DNA of 48,281 bases. Origin: Candidatus Zixiibacteriota bacterium (GTDB lineage: Bacteria > Zixibacteria > MSB-5A5 > JAABVY01 > JAHJOQ01). Shown piece after piece: positions 1-8,499 of this stretch. Each line of letters opens with the position of its first letter. The first letter of the stretch is position 1. Under the pieces are notes generated by a model. That model worked only from the letters and a program-made list of their open reading frames with translations. It had not been told where the DNA came from and ran no database searches. The stretch is from positions 1 through 48,281 of the forward strand of contig JAGVNY010000140.1 of NCBI GenBank assembly GCA_020053015.1, given 5' to 3'. Both the position numbers and the translations under genes were made by a program.

Positions 1-653
1 ATTGATTCAAGCATCCGCAATGTGCGCGCATCGAGTTTGTCGCGGTCGATAAGAAGAAGCTGAACGTTGCCGAGAACGGCAGTCAGAGGATTATTGATCT
101 CGTGATTCAGCGCTACTGCGGTCTCCACGATTGCCTCGGTCTTTGCCTTCCGGATATCGGCTCCCGCCGAGCCGATCTGTGATCCCATGGCAATTGCAAT
201 AGCAAGCTGAGATGATATAGCTCCGATGAATTCCTCCTCCGCGGACAAGTTGCGCTTGCCGGCGACGACTCCGGAGATCGTGCCGAGGTTTCGCCCGGCC
301 ACCGTCAACGGATACGAAAAGAGGCTGTGAGGGCTATCTTTCTCGAATGTCAGGAAGAGACTTTCGACGGAGAACTCACTTCTGAGCATCGAGATGAGCT
401 TTCCCTGCATCTCTGCCATCAAAGGAGTAAACTGATCCGAGCCGGAAGAGTAACTTGCGTACGGTAGGCCGTCATCACCATAGAGGGCGATAGCGCCGGC
501 ATCGACCCCGATCACGCTGACAGCATTCTCCACGGCCTTCCCGCAAATCTCATCCTGACTCGCCCCTGAAGCGGCTTTGACAGCGATGTCACGCAGGGAT
601 TCGTACTTGAGGCGAATTCTCTCAGCGCTTTCAATAGGGTCGGTCGGTCTCAT
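1..653 (-). CDS. GAF-like domain plus HisKA sensor histidine kinase (partial, runs off the window start)
   Basis: Not in the ORF track because there is no stop inside the window. Manual translation from ATG at 653 gives MRPTDPIESAERIRLKYESL...LFSYPLTVAGRNLGTISG...ETAVALNHEINNPLTAVLGNVQLLL, with a clear H-box (HEINNPL) after a GAF-like segment. Confidence 0.8.
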   Translation of the reverse strand, partial: MRPTDPIESAERIRLKYESLRDIAVKAASGASQDEICGKAVENAVSVIGVDAGAIALYGDDGLPYASYSSGSDQFTPLMAEMQGKLISMLRSEFSVESLFLTFEKDSPHSLFSYPLTVAGRNLGTISGVVAGKRNLSAEEEFIGAISSQLAIAIAMGSQIGSAGADIRKAKTEAIVETAVALNHEINNPLTAVLGNVQLLLIDRDKLDARTLRMLES

Positions 654-917
654 GCCATATCACAGCGCAAACGCTATGCCTGTGTCCATAATCCTGCGAT
701 AACCCATTTGCGGGTTGTCAAGGCACCGTTCCTCGTACAAAACTCAGTCGTGCGGCAAGAACATCGCACCGGGCAACGCGTTCTATAATATAGGGTTGAG
801 TTCGACAAAAGCGAGACAATTCGCTCTGTTGTTCGCATTGTCCCGAGTCGGGTACGCCGGTTGTGTACGATGCAATCCGGTTCACACTTGCTGCATTGCT
901 CAACCTGCTTATTTGCC

Positions 918-945
918 TTGACTTGCACACTTGCAGCGGTAAATT
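918..945 (+). promoter_or_regulatory. Candidate sigma70 promoter for purF
   Basis: TTGACT-N16-TAAATT about 40 nt upstream of the purF start. Confidence 0.4.
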
Positions 946-984
946 GAAGCTTTCGCTCTTTGGCAGAGACGGGAAGAAATTCGA

Positions 985-2367
985 ATGTTACATGATAACT
1001 GTGCTGTCTTCGCCATCTACGGCGTCCGCAAAGCCGCTAATCTGACCTATCTCGGACTCTACTCACTTCAGCATCGCGGTCAGGAATCGTCAGGAATCGT
1101 CACGAACGACAAGGGTGCCATTCATCTCCACAAGGGAATGGGCGAAGTCAGTGCGGTCTACGCGGACGAGGAGACGCTTGCGAATCTGCGGGGCACGATT
1201 GCGATCGGCCACAACCGTTACTCGACTACGGGATCGTCCACTGTCGGAAACGTTCAGCCTCTGGTAACCCGATTCCGGGGCAAGAATCTCGCCGTTGCGC
1301 ATAACGGCAATATCACGAACTCTCTGACGCTGAAGAGGAAACTCGAAGAATCGGGAGCGATTTTTCAGACGACGTCGGATTCTGAAGTGATCCTCCATCT
1401 CGCAGCTCGCTCAAAAGAACGGTTGATGCGACGTAAGATCGCCAAGGCGCTTCGGCGAGTGCAGGGAGCATACAGTCTTGTGTTCCTCACAGATGACAGC
1501 ATTATCGCTGCCCGTGATCCTCGAGGATTTCGTCCCCTTGCCCTCGGGAAACTCAATCGCTCCTGGGTGGTGGCATCGGAGACCTGCGCCTTCGATATCA
1601 TCGGCGCGAAGTATGTGCGGGACGTCGAGCCAGGCGAGGTTCTCGAGATCAACGATCACGGCCTCCACAGCGAGGTGATCGAACAGCGTTCGAAACACGC
1701 CTTCTGCATATTCGAGTTCATCTACTTTTCGCGTCCGGACAGCAAGATATTCGGAGAGAACGTAGATAAGGTGCGCAGACGCCTTGGGCGACAGCTTGCG
1801 CGGGAGCATCCGGCTGACGCGGATATCGTGATCAGCGTGCCGGACTCGTCGAATACCGCCGCTCTCGGTTATGCTGAGCAGTCGGGAATCAAGCTTGAGA
1901 TCGGGTTCATCAGGAATCACTACGTCGGGCGGACTTTCATAGACCCCGAACAGAAGATTCGCGACCTCGATGTCAAGATCAAGTTCAATCCCGTCCGAGG
2001 TGTTATTGCCGGAAAGCGCGTTGTCATAGTGGATGATTCGATCGTCCGTGGAACGACGTCTCGGAAACTGGTGAAGATGCTCTATGACGCTGGTGCCAAG
2101 GAAGTACATATGCGGATTTCGTCTCCACCCATCATCAGTCCGTGCTTCTACGGTATCGACATGCCGACCACACGCGAGCTTATCGCCTCCAAGCACACCG
2201 TCGAGCAGATTCGCAAAAGTCTCTGCGTGGATTCCCTTGGCTATCTATCGATCAAAGGCATGCTCTCCATGAACTCACTCCCCGATGAAGAGTTTTGCGT
2301 TGCCTGCTTCTCCGGCAAGTATCCCACTCCCATTGAGCGCAAGAACGGCAAGCTAAAGCTCTGTTAA
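985..2367 (+). CDS. purF: Amidophosphoribosyltransferase (Fe-S, propeptide type)
   Basis: Short propeptide then catalytic Cys (HDNCAVFAI); LQHRGQES, GHNRYST, AHNGN, PRTase motif VIVDDSIVRGTT; Fe-S ligands in CIFE, PCFYGID and CVAC. Confidence 0.97.
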   Translation: MLHDNCAVFAIYGVRKAANLTYLGLYSLQHRGQESSGIVTNDKGAIHLHKGMGEVSAVYADEETLANLRGTIAIGHNRYSTTGSSTVGNVQPLVTRFRGKNLAVAHNGNITNSLTLKRKLEESGAIFQTTSDSEVILHLAARSKERLMRRKIAKALRRVQGAYSLVFLTDDSIIAARDPRGFRPLALGKLNRSWVVASETCAFDIIGAKYVRDVEPGEVLEINDHGLHSEVIEQRSKHAFCIFEFIYFSRPDSKIFGENVDKVRRRLGRQLAREHPADADIVISVPDSSNTAALGYAEQSGIKLEIGFIRNHYVGRTFIDPEQKIRDLDVKIKFNPVRGVIAGKRVVIVDDSIVRGTTSRKLVKMLYDAGAKEVHMRISSPPIISPCFYGIDMPTTRELIASKHTVEQIRKSLCVDSLGYLSIKGMLSMNSLPDEEFCVACFSGKYPTPIERKNGKLKLC

Positions 2368-2375
2368 TTACTGCA

Positions 2376-2403
2376 TTGACAGTTTCGATAATTGTATTAT
2401 AAT
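2376..2403 (+). promoter_or_regulatory. Consensus sigma70 promoter for the S8 protease gene
   Basis: Perfect TTGACA (2376-2381)-N16-TATAAT (2398-2403), followed by an AAGGAG RBS before TTG 2461. Confidence 0.75.
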
Positions 2404-2460
2404 CAACAAGGCGCGGCTATTGATCACATCCATTTCTGATAGTGACCCGAAGGAGTACTC

Positions 2461-5097
2461 TTGCGTAAGTACGTTTCTGTATTTCTGCTATTGGTAACGG
2501 TTTCGTTATTTGCGAATCCGGACGCGGAATCAGCCCGTGAGGATGCGGATCGCATTTCCTCCGGAATCAAAATAGCTCGGATAGTAGTCAAGTTCCGAGA
2601 GTCAGCTGTGGTGCGACTCAGAGAAAACGGACTGGCGAGTCTGGGCAATGCCGACCTAAGCGCAGTCAACTCCGCGCTCAAAGGTATCCCTTTGAAGCCG
2701 TTGTTCATCCGATCCGAAGAGGATATCGATTTTGAACGTATGGCACTGAAGGCTTCTGCGCCGTCTGCCGTTGCAGACAAGAACTCCTACTTCCAGATTG
2801 ACCTGAAAGACCACACTCGTGCAGAGGAGGTTTTGAAGAAGCTTAGGAGTACCGCTATTGTCGAGACTGTCTATATCGAACCTGAGGCCGAGCTTGCTCA
2901 GGATGTGCCTCCTCCCACCCCGGATTTCTCTGGCGACCAGGGGTACCTGTACTCCCCGCCCGGGGGAATCGGCGCCGACTTTTCGTGGTCGATACCGGGA
3001 GGTACGGGCCAGAACGTCCACATCATAGATATCGAGGGCAACTGGACACTGACCCACGAGGATTTTGGCAGCAACTTCGGATCGATGTTGGCGGGGAATC
3101 CGGTGCCGTTGGATGACTGGATTAATCACGGCACGGCCACGACCGGCGAGATCGGGGGAGATTCGAACAGCTACGGGATAACCGGTATTGCCCACGACGC
3201 GCAGATCGACTTGATTTCTATCGATGGTATCGGAATTGCCGCCGCAGTGGATTATGCGGCCTCGGTCCTGAATCCGGGCGATATCATTATGATTGAGCTT
3301 CATACTCCGGGTCCTCGCTACAATTTCGAATCACGCCCCGATCAGCTCGGTTATGTCCCGATGGAGTATTTTCAGGCGACGTTCGACGCCATTCAGATAG
3401 CAACGGCAAAAGGGATCTTCGTAGTCGAGGCCGCAGGGAACGGCGCGGAAAACCTTGATGACGAGATATACGAGAACAGATTCGACAGAAGCTTCAGGGA
3501 TTCCAGAGCAATCTTGGTGGGTGCAGGTGTGCCACCGAATGGCATTTATGGCATAGACAGAACAAGGCTCTACTTCTCGAATTACGGATCGAGAGTTGAC
3601 CTTCAAGGATGGGGCAAGAGCGTAACCACGACCGGCTATGGCGGACTCTTCAGCGGGGATGGTGACGAAAACCAATACTACACGCAGACATTCGGAGGCA
3701 CTTCGGGCGCTACCCCGATAGTCGCAGGCGCGGTGGCATGTATTGAGGGAATTTTCGAGGCTGCGTATGGTGTTCCGCTGAGCGTGGATGCACTCGCTGC
3801 GCTTCTGACCTATACTGGATCAATGCAGCCGAATCCGAACGAATGGATCGGACCGAGACCCAATCTGCCCGAGGCGTATCAATTCCTGCCAGGTCCTGGG
3901 CTGAGCGCGCAGCCTGGGTTGATTCAAGCTTCAGGCTCCGACTACCCGATTCAGGTGTACGTAACTTTGATAAACGAAGATAGCCAATCGCCAAGGAATT
4001 TCGTGGTGACGATCGATGACACGCTTGAAGGCTTAGGTCAGGCGGGCTGGCTTGAGGTCTCGCCAACGTCGGGTACGATTGTGGCGGGAGGTTTGGCGGA
4101 TCTGACGGTTACGCTTGACCCGACTCTGCTCGATGACACTACCTACCACTACAAAGGAATGATCTCGGTCAGTTACGGCGCCTGGACATCGCTCAAGGTT
4201 CCGGTCTTCTTCACGGTTATTTGCCAGGAGACAGACTACGCAGTCGATGACAGTGATAATGAGTCCGGTCCCGACTTCCAGTGGATCGACATCACGGCGA
4301 TTGGGACGAAACTGCTCCCCTCCGACTTCCATAATGATCTTCATCCTACACTGGCGCTCGACGACGGGACTTCGAAGGCCATCCCAATAGGTTTCCCGTT
4401 CAATTTCTTCAATGATGTATTCGCGTACGTTTACGCAGGCGTGAATGGCGGCCTGTCTTTCGTGACTGACGAGGTGAATGTCAACGGTTACTTTGCGAAC
4501 ATTGATCTTCCGGCTCCCGGGATTGAAGCTCTGCTTCTCCCCTTCTGGAATGACCTCACGATCGATGCCGCCAGTGCAGGACACGGCGCTGTGTACTACT
4601 ATAATTCCCCCGGGCACGATTCACTGGTCATCGAATACTTCCAGATCGGGAATTTCGGCAGCCAAGAGGATAGCTTGATCACATTCGAGGTCGTGCTTAC
4701 GAGTAATCACAAGATCACTTATCAGTTTCTTGACGTAGGACTGCTTGATTTGGACTACGCAGCTCTCGTCGGGCTTAGTCGCGATCAGGGATGCAGAATG
4801 GTCGAGTACTATGAGCCGGGGTACCCGCTGGATAACACTCCCCACGATCAACTCCGGGTAGACTTCATGCCGGCGTATCAGATTGAGATGCGTTCCGGCG
4901 ATGCCAACAGCTCAGGGAACATTGATATTGACGACATTGTGTTTCTGATAACCTACGTCTTCGGTGGGGGACCGGCTCCGCAGCCGCCCGAGTCGGGTGA
5001 CTGCGATTGCCTGAGCGGTATCGACATTGACGATATTGTCTATCTCATAGTCTACGTATTTTCAGCGGGACCTGAACCCTGTTTGTACTACCCCTGA
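2461..5097 (+). CDS. Secreted S8 (subtilase) serine protease with Ig/BACON-like, NIDO-like and C-terminal dockerin-like domains
   Basis: Signal peptide and propeptide; triad IIDIEG / HGTATTG / GGTSGATP and oxyanion AAGNG; WLEVSPTSGTI Ig-like module; duplicated Ca-loop GDANSSGNIDIDDIVFLITYVFGGGPAP / GDCDCLSGIDIDDIVYLIVYVFSAGPEPC from about 4897. Confidence 0.9.
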   Translation: MRKYVSVFLLLVTVSLFANPDAESAREDADRISSGIKIARIVVKFRESAVVRLRENGLASLGNADLSAVNSALKGIPLKPLFIRSEEDIDFERMALKASAPSAVADKNSYFQIDLKDHTRAEEVLKKLRSTAIVETVYIEPEAELAQDVPPPTPDFSGDQGYLYSPPGGIGADFSWSIPGGTGQNVHIIDIEGNWTLTHEDFGSNFGSMLAGNPVPLDDWINHGTATTGEIGGDSNSYGITGIAHDAQIDLISIDGIGIAAAVDYAASVLNPGDIIMIELHTPGPRYNFESRPDQLGYVPMEYFQATFDAIQIATAKGIFVVEAAGNGAENLDDEIYENRFDRSFRDSRAILVGAGVPPNGIYGIDRTRLYFSNYGSRVDLQGWGKSVTTTGYGGLFSGDGDENQYYTQTFGGTSGATPIVAGAVACIEGIFEAAYGVPLSVDALAALLTYTGSMQPNPNEWIGPRPNLPEAYQFLPGPGLSAQPGLIQASGSDYPIQVYVTLINEDSQSPRNFVVTIDDTLEGLGQAGWLEVSPTSGTIVAGGLADLTVTLDPTLLDDTTYHYKGMISVSYGAWTSLKVPVFFTVICQETDYAVDDSDNESGPDFQWIDITAIGTKLLPSDFHNDLHPTLALDDGTSKAIPIGFPFNFFNDVFAYVYAGVNGGLSFVTDEVNVNGYFANIDLPAPGIEALLLPFWNDLTIDAASAGHGAVYYYNSPGHDSLVIEYFQIGNFGSQEDSLITFEVVLTSNHKITYQFLDVGLLDLDYAALVGLSRDQGCRMVEYYEPGYPLDNTPHDQLRVDFMPAYQIEMRSGDANSSGNIDIDDIVFLITYVFGGGPAPQPPESGDCDCLSGIDIDDIVYLIVYVFSAGPEPCLYYP

Positions 5098-5220
5098 TCT
5101 GATTCGGAATCGTAGCTCAAACGGTTCGATGCTTGACTTTGCCCTATCAGAAGCATCAAGCCCCAAGATGGCCTGACCAGCAATCTCCCGACAACGCATC
5201 TTGTCATTGCGGAGCGGTGT

Positions 5221-6684
5221 CTATCTTCCGGATGCCAACAGCGGGATATCAAACGGGAAGAATGAAGTCGGGAATACGCCGAGAACAATGGTTCCAAGCA
5301 CGGCTACCACAAGGGCGACATATAGAAAGGCGGGGTAAGAAACAGGACGAAACTCAGTCTGCGTATCGATCATGAACATCACTACTACGACGCGAAGGTA
5401 GTAGTAGACCGAGATGAGGCTGTTAATGACTGCGATCACAACCAGCGGAATCTGACCCTTCGCCACAGCCGCCTTGAACAGGAAAAACTTGCCTGCAAAT
5501 CCGGCTGTTGGTGGAATACCCGCCAGCGAGATCAGGAAGAGCGTCATCGCAGCTCCAAGGAACGGGTGTCGTCGTCCCAATCCGGTGAAGCTCGTAATCT
5601 CATTGTCACCATCCTCTTTGCCTTCCACGACGAGGAGAACCATGAAAGCGCCGAGATTCATCACCGTATACGTCAACAGGTAAAACACGACTGAGTTGAC
5701 CGCCTCGGCGGTGCCCGTCGCGAATGCGATCAGCATATAACCTGCATGAGCGATGGACGAGTAGGCCAGCATTCGTTTGATGTTGGTCTGAGAGATGGCG
5801 ATCAGATTGCCGGTGAACATAGTTAACACCGACAGGCTCCAAAACATCGGAGAGAGTTGGGTGATGTGTTGCCCGAATGCGACGACGAAGACTCTCGCGA
5901 GCACCGCGATAGCAGCTGCCTTTGGGCCGGATGACATGAACGCTGTGACTGCCGTCGGGGCGCCCTCATACACGTCAGGAACCCACATGTGAAACGGGAA
6001 CGAAGCCAGCTTGAATGCGAGGCCTATCAGAAGCAGCCCGCCTCCGACCATGAGGTAGAAGAAAGAGTTCGCGAGCGTGTATTGCTGAGGATCGAACATC
6101 TGCGCGATCGAAGTAGTACCCACTGCTCCGAAGACGAATGCGATTCCGAGAACGATGAAGCCGGTTGCAAAAGCCCCGAGAAGGAAGTATTTCAGCGAGG
6201 ATTCATTGGACTTCGGATCGGATCTTCTGAATCCTGCGAGCACGTAGAGTGCGACCGACATAATTTCGAGGCCGACGAAAAAGACGACAAGATCGGCTGC
6301 CGAGGCCATCATCATCATGCCGAACAACGAGAAAATGATCAGTGCGTAGTACTCTCCCGCCTCGAGTTTATGAAGCCGGATGTAATTCTCCGACATGAAA
6401 ACCACCAGCAATGAGCCGAGAAGAAAGATGAGTTTCAACACCGAGGAGAACAGGTCGATGCTGTACATCCCGGCAAAAGTTCGCGTGTCTGTTCCCCAGT
6501 TCATCCAGACGGCGAACGACGCAACGATTATCCCGAACCAGGCAATGTGACCGGTAATCCAGCGTCTGTCGCGTGGCAGGAACGCCGCGAACAACATGAT
6601 GAGCAGTGCAAGACCGCAGATGATGATCTCAGGCAAAATCGCAACGTAGTCAATCTGGGGGAATTCCAACTCTGCTTTCTCCAT
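5221..6684 (-). CDS. nuoN: NADH-quinone oxidoreductase subunit N
   Basis: Polytopic membrane protein with ESSLKYFLLG, FKLASFPFHMWVPDVYEGAP and KRMLAYSSIAHAGY; last gene of the nuo operon. The true start may be TTG at 6669, which has GGAG 9 nt upstream. Confidence 0.96.
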   Translation of the reverse strand: MEKAELEFPQIDYVAILPEIIICGLALLIMLFAAFLPRDRRWITGHIAWFGIIVASFAVWMNWGTDTRTFAGMYSIDLFSSVLKLIFLLGSLLVVFMSENYIRLHKLEAGEYYALIIFSLFGMMMMASAADLVVFFVGLEIMSVALYVLAGFRRSDPKSNESSLKYFLLGAFATGFIVLGIAFVFGAVGTTSIAQMFDPQQYTLANSFFYLMVGGGLLLIGLAFKLASFPFHMWVPDVYEGAPTAVTAFMSSGPKAAAIAVLARVFVVAFGQHITQLSPMFWSLSVLTMFTGNLIAISQTNIKRMLAYSSIAHAGYMLIAFATGTAEAVNSVVFYLLTYTVMNLGAFMVLLVVEGKEDGDNEITSFTGLGRRHPFLGAAMTLFLISLAGIPPTAGFAGKFFLFKAAVAKGQIPLVVIAVINSLISVYYYLRVVVVMFMIDTQTEFRPVSYPAFLYVALVVAVLGTIVLGVFPTSFFPFDIPLLASGR

Positions 6685-6690
6685 TTCAAA

Positions 6691-6707
6691 TCGGGCAGCC
6701 TGCCCGA
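6691..6707 (-). promoter_or_regulatory. Putative bacterial SECIS hairpin
   Basis: mRNA UCGGGCA-GGC-UGCCCGA, a perfect 7-bp stem whose G-led loop begins 18 nt after the in-frame UGA at 6719-6721. Confidence 0.7.
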
Positions 6708-6709
6708 AA

Positions 6710-6931
6710 TCAGAAGCCTCAGCCTCCGTTGAAGCCGAGCTTCACCTCTGTGCCGGAAACGATGATCGGCACTATGCGTTGTCCCTTCGAGTGCGACAGC
6801 GCTTCGCCGGCTATCTTCTTAGTCGATGTGACGTCAAACTCGTCGTATGCAATGCCGCGCTTGACCAGATCTTCTTTGGCTGCCGCGCAATAAGGGCATC
6901 CGGGTTTCGTGTAGATCTTCACATTTGCCAT
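6710..6931 (-). CDS. Glutaredoxin-like (seleno)protein, Uxx-star type, 73 aa with Sec at UGA 6719-6721
   Basis: ATG 6931 with AAGGTGAG RBS; MANVKIYTKPGCPYC...RIVPIIVSGTEVKLGFNGG-UGA-GGC-TTC-TGA, i.e. GG-U-G-F-stop; CPYC motif, cis-Pro VP motif and a downstream SECIS-like hairpin. Confidence 0.85.
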
Positions 6932-6932
6932 T

Positions 6933-8498
6933 TCACTCACCTTGATCCCGATATGTCCCCATTGGACCGTCGTTTCGGTCGACCTCTGCAATCGGGATTT
7001 CGGGCGTAGCGATCTGTGTATAAGCAACCCGTTTGAGAAGCGAGTCGATCGACCGTTCCATCGGTCTGAAGAATGTGCTTGGATAGATGCCGATCCAAAA
7101 GATCAACACCACGAGCGGCACAAGAATCAGCTTCTCGCGCAAATTGAGGTCGCGAATCGACCTGTTCTTCTCGTCAGTGATTTCGCCGAAGACGACTCGC
7201 TGGAGCATCCAGAGCATGTAGCAAGCGGCGAGTATCATCCCTGTGGCGGCAATGATCGCATAGGCAGCGTTTACTTTGAATGTGCCGAGCAAGATAAGAA
7301 ACTCGCCAACAAAACCGTTGGTGAAAGGCAGGCCGATCGACGAGAGCGCCACGATAACGAAGAAAGTCGTCCAGACGGGCATCGACGTGAAGAGCCCGCC
7401 CAAGTCCGCTATCATCCTCGTGTGTCGTCTCTCGTATAACATTCCCACGATGAGAAACAGCGCGCCGGTTGAGATGCCATGGTTGATCATCTGAATGATC
7501 GATCCCTGCATGCTCTGCATATTGAATGCCGCCATCCCGAGCATGACGAAACCGAGGTGAGACACCGAGGAGAATGCCACCAACGATTTCACGTCTTTCT
7601 GCACCATGGCGACAAGGGCGCCATAGATAATCCCTATTATGGCGAGCACCGAGATGACCGGGATGGATTCCATGAACGCATCTGGGAAGAGCGGAATGCA
7701 GAATCTCAGGAACCCGTATGTTCCCATCTTCAGCAGCACGCCCGCAAGAATCACGCTTCCGGCAGTTGGCGCTTGCACGTGGGCATCGGGCAGCCATGTG
7801 TGAAACGGAAACATAGGTACCTTGATGACAAACGCCAGCGCGAATGCGGCAAACAGCCACCTCTGGGCCTGAGAAGAAATCGCAAAGTCGTCCATCACGG
7901 TCAGATCGAACGAATAGACACCGGTTGCATAGTAATGCATTACGAATAGTGCGATTATCGCGACCAGCATCAACAGTGATCCCACAAGCGTAAATAGCAC
8001 GAACTTGATGGTTGCATAGATACGGTTGACTCCTCCCCAGATTCCGATCAGGAAGTACATCGGGACGAGCATCATCTCCCAAAAGACATAGAACAAAAAT
8101 AGGTCGAGTGACATGAAGACCCCGAGCATGCCTGTCTCAAGAAGGAGCAGCGAAATCAGATAACCCTTCAGTCGATCTTTGATGGCGTTCCATGATGACC
8201 AAATGGAAATCCATGACAGGAAAGTGGTCAGCAGGAACAACCACAGGCTGAGCCCGTCTATACCAACGTGGTAGTTCGCTCCCAGGCTGCTGATCCACGG
8301 CACGTTGACGGAAAACTGCATGGCGTCGGTCGAGGAATCGAAATTGATGCAGAGGTAGAGCGACAGCACGAAGGCCGCGAGACTTGTCGTGAAGGCGATT
8401 CCTTTCAGCACGGATTCGGCTTTGCGACTGATCGGCAGCATGATCAGAATGCCGATCAATGGCAAAGCAGTCACGATTGTAAGAACGTATTGATCCAT
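6933..8498 (-). CDS. nuoM: NADH-quinone oxidoreductase subunit M
   Basis: FYVFWEMMLVPMY, KVPMFPFHTWLPDAHVQAPT, AFSSVSHLG, NHGISTG motifs; operon position. Confidence 0.97.
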   Translation of the reverse strand: MDQYVLTIVTALPLIGILIMLPISRKAESVLKGIAFTTSLAAFVLSLYLCINFDSSTDAMQFSVNVPWISSLGANYHVGIDGLSLWLFLLTTFLSWISIWSSWNAIKDRLKGYLISLLLLETGMLGVFMSLDLFLFYVFWEMMLVPMYFLIGIWGGVNRIYATIKFVLFTLVGSLLMLVAIIALFVMHYYATGVYSFDLTVMDDFAISSQAQRWLFAAFALAFVIKVPMFPFHTWLPDAHVQAPTAGSVILAGVLLKMGTYGFLRFCIPLFPDAFMESIPVISVLAIIGIIYGALVAMVQKDVKSLVAFSSVSHLGFVMLGMAAFNMQSMQGSIIQMINHGISTGALFLIVGMLYERRHTRMIADLGGLFTSMPVWTTFFVIVALSSIGLPFTNGFVGEFLILLGTFKVNAAYAIIAATGMILAACYMLWMLQRVVFGEITDEKNRSIRDLNLREKLILVPLVVLIFWIGIYPSTFFRPMERSIDSLLKRVAYTQIATPEIPIAEVDRNDGPMGTYRDQGE

Positions 8499-8499
8499 G

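Noticed and set aside
660-984. Purine-related riboswitch (ZTP, PRPP or guanine) upstream of purF, or the short ORFs at 674-1045
   Set aside because: No recognisable aptamer consensus; the candidate promoter lies only about 40 nt from the start; the ORFs overlap each other and lack RBS or motifs.
5098-5220. Imperfect inverted repeats between the S8 gene and nuoN (GATGCTT/AAGCATC, CAAGATG/CATCTTG)
   Set aside because: Short stems with long loops and no U-tract; not enough to call a terminator or ncRNA.
6719-7027. 102-aa version of the glutaredoxin ORF
   Set aside because: The N-terminal extension overlaps nuoM; the RBS supports ATG 6931, and the UGA at 6719 is probably Sec, not stop.
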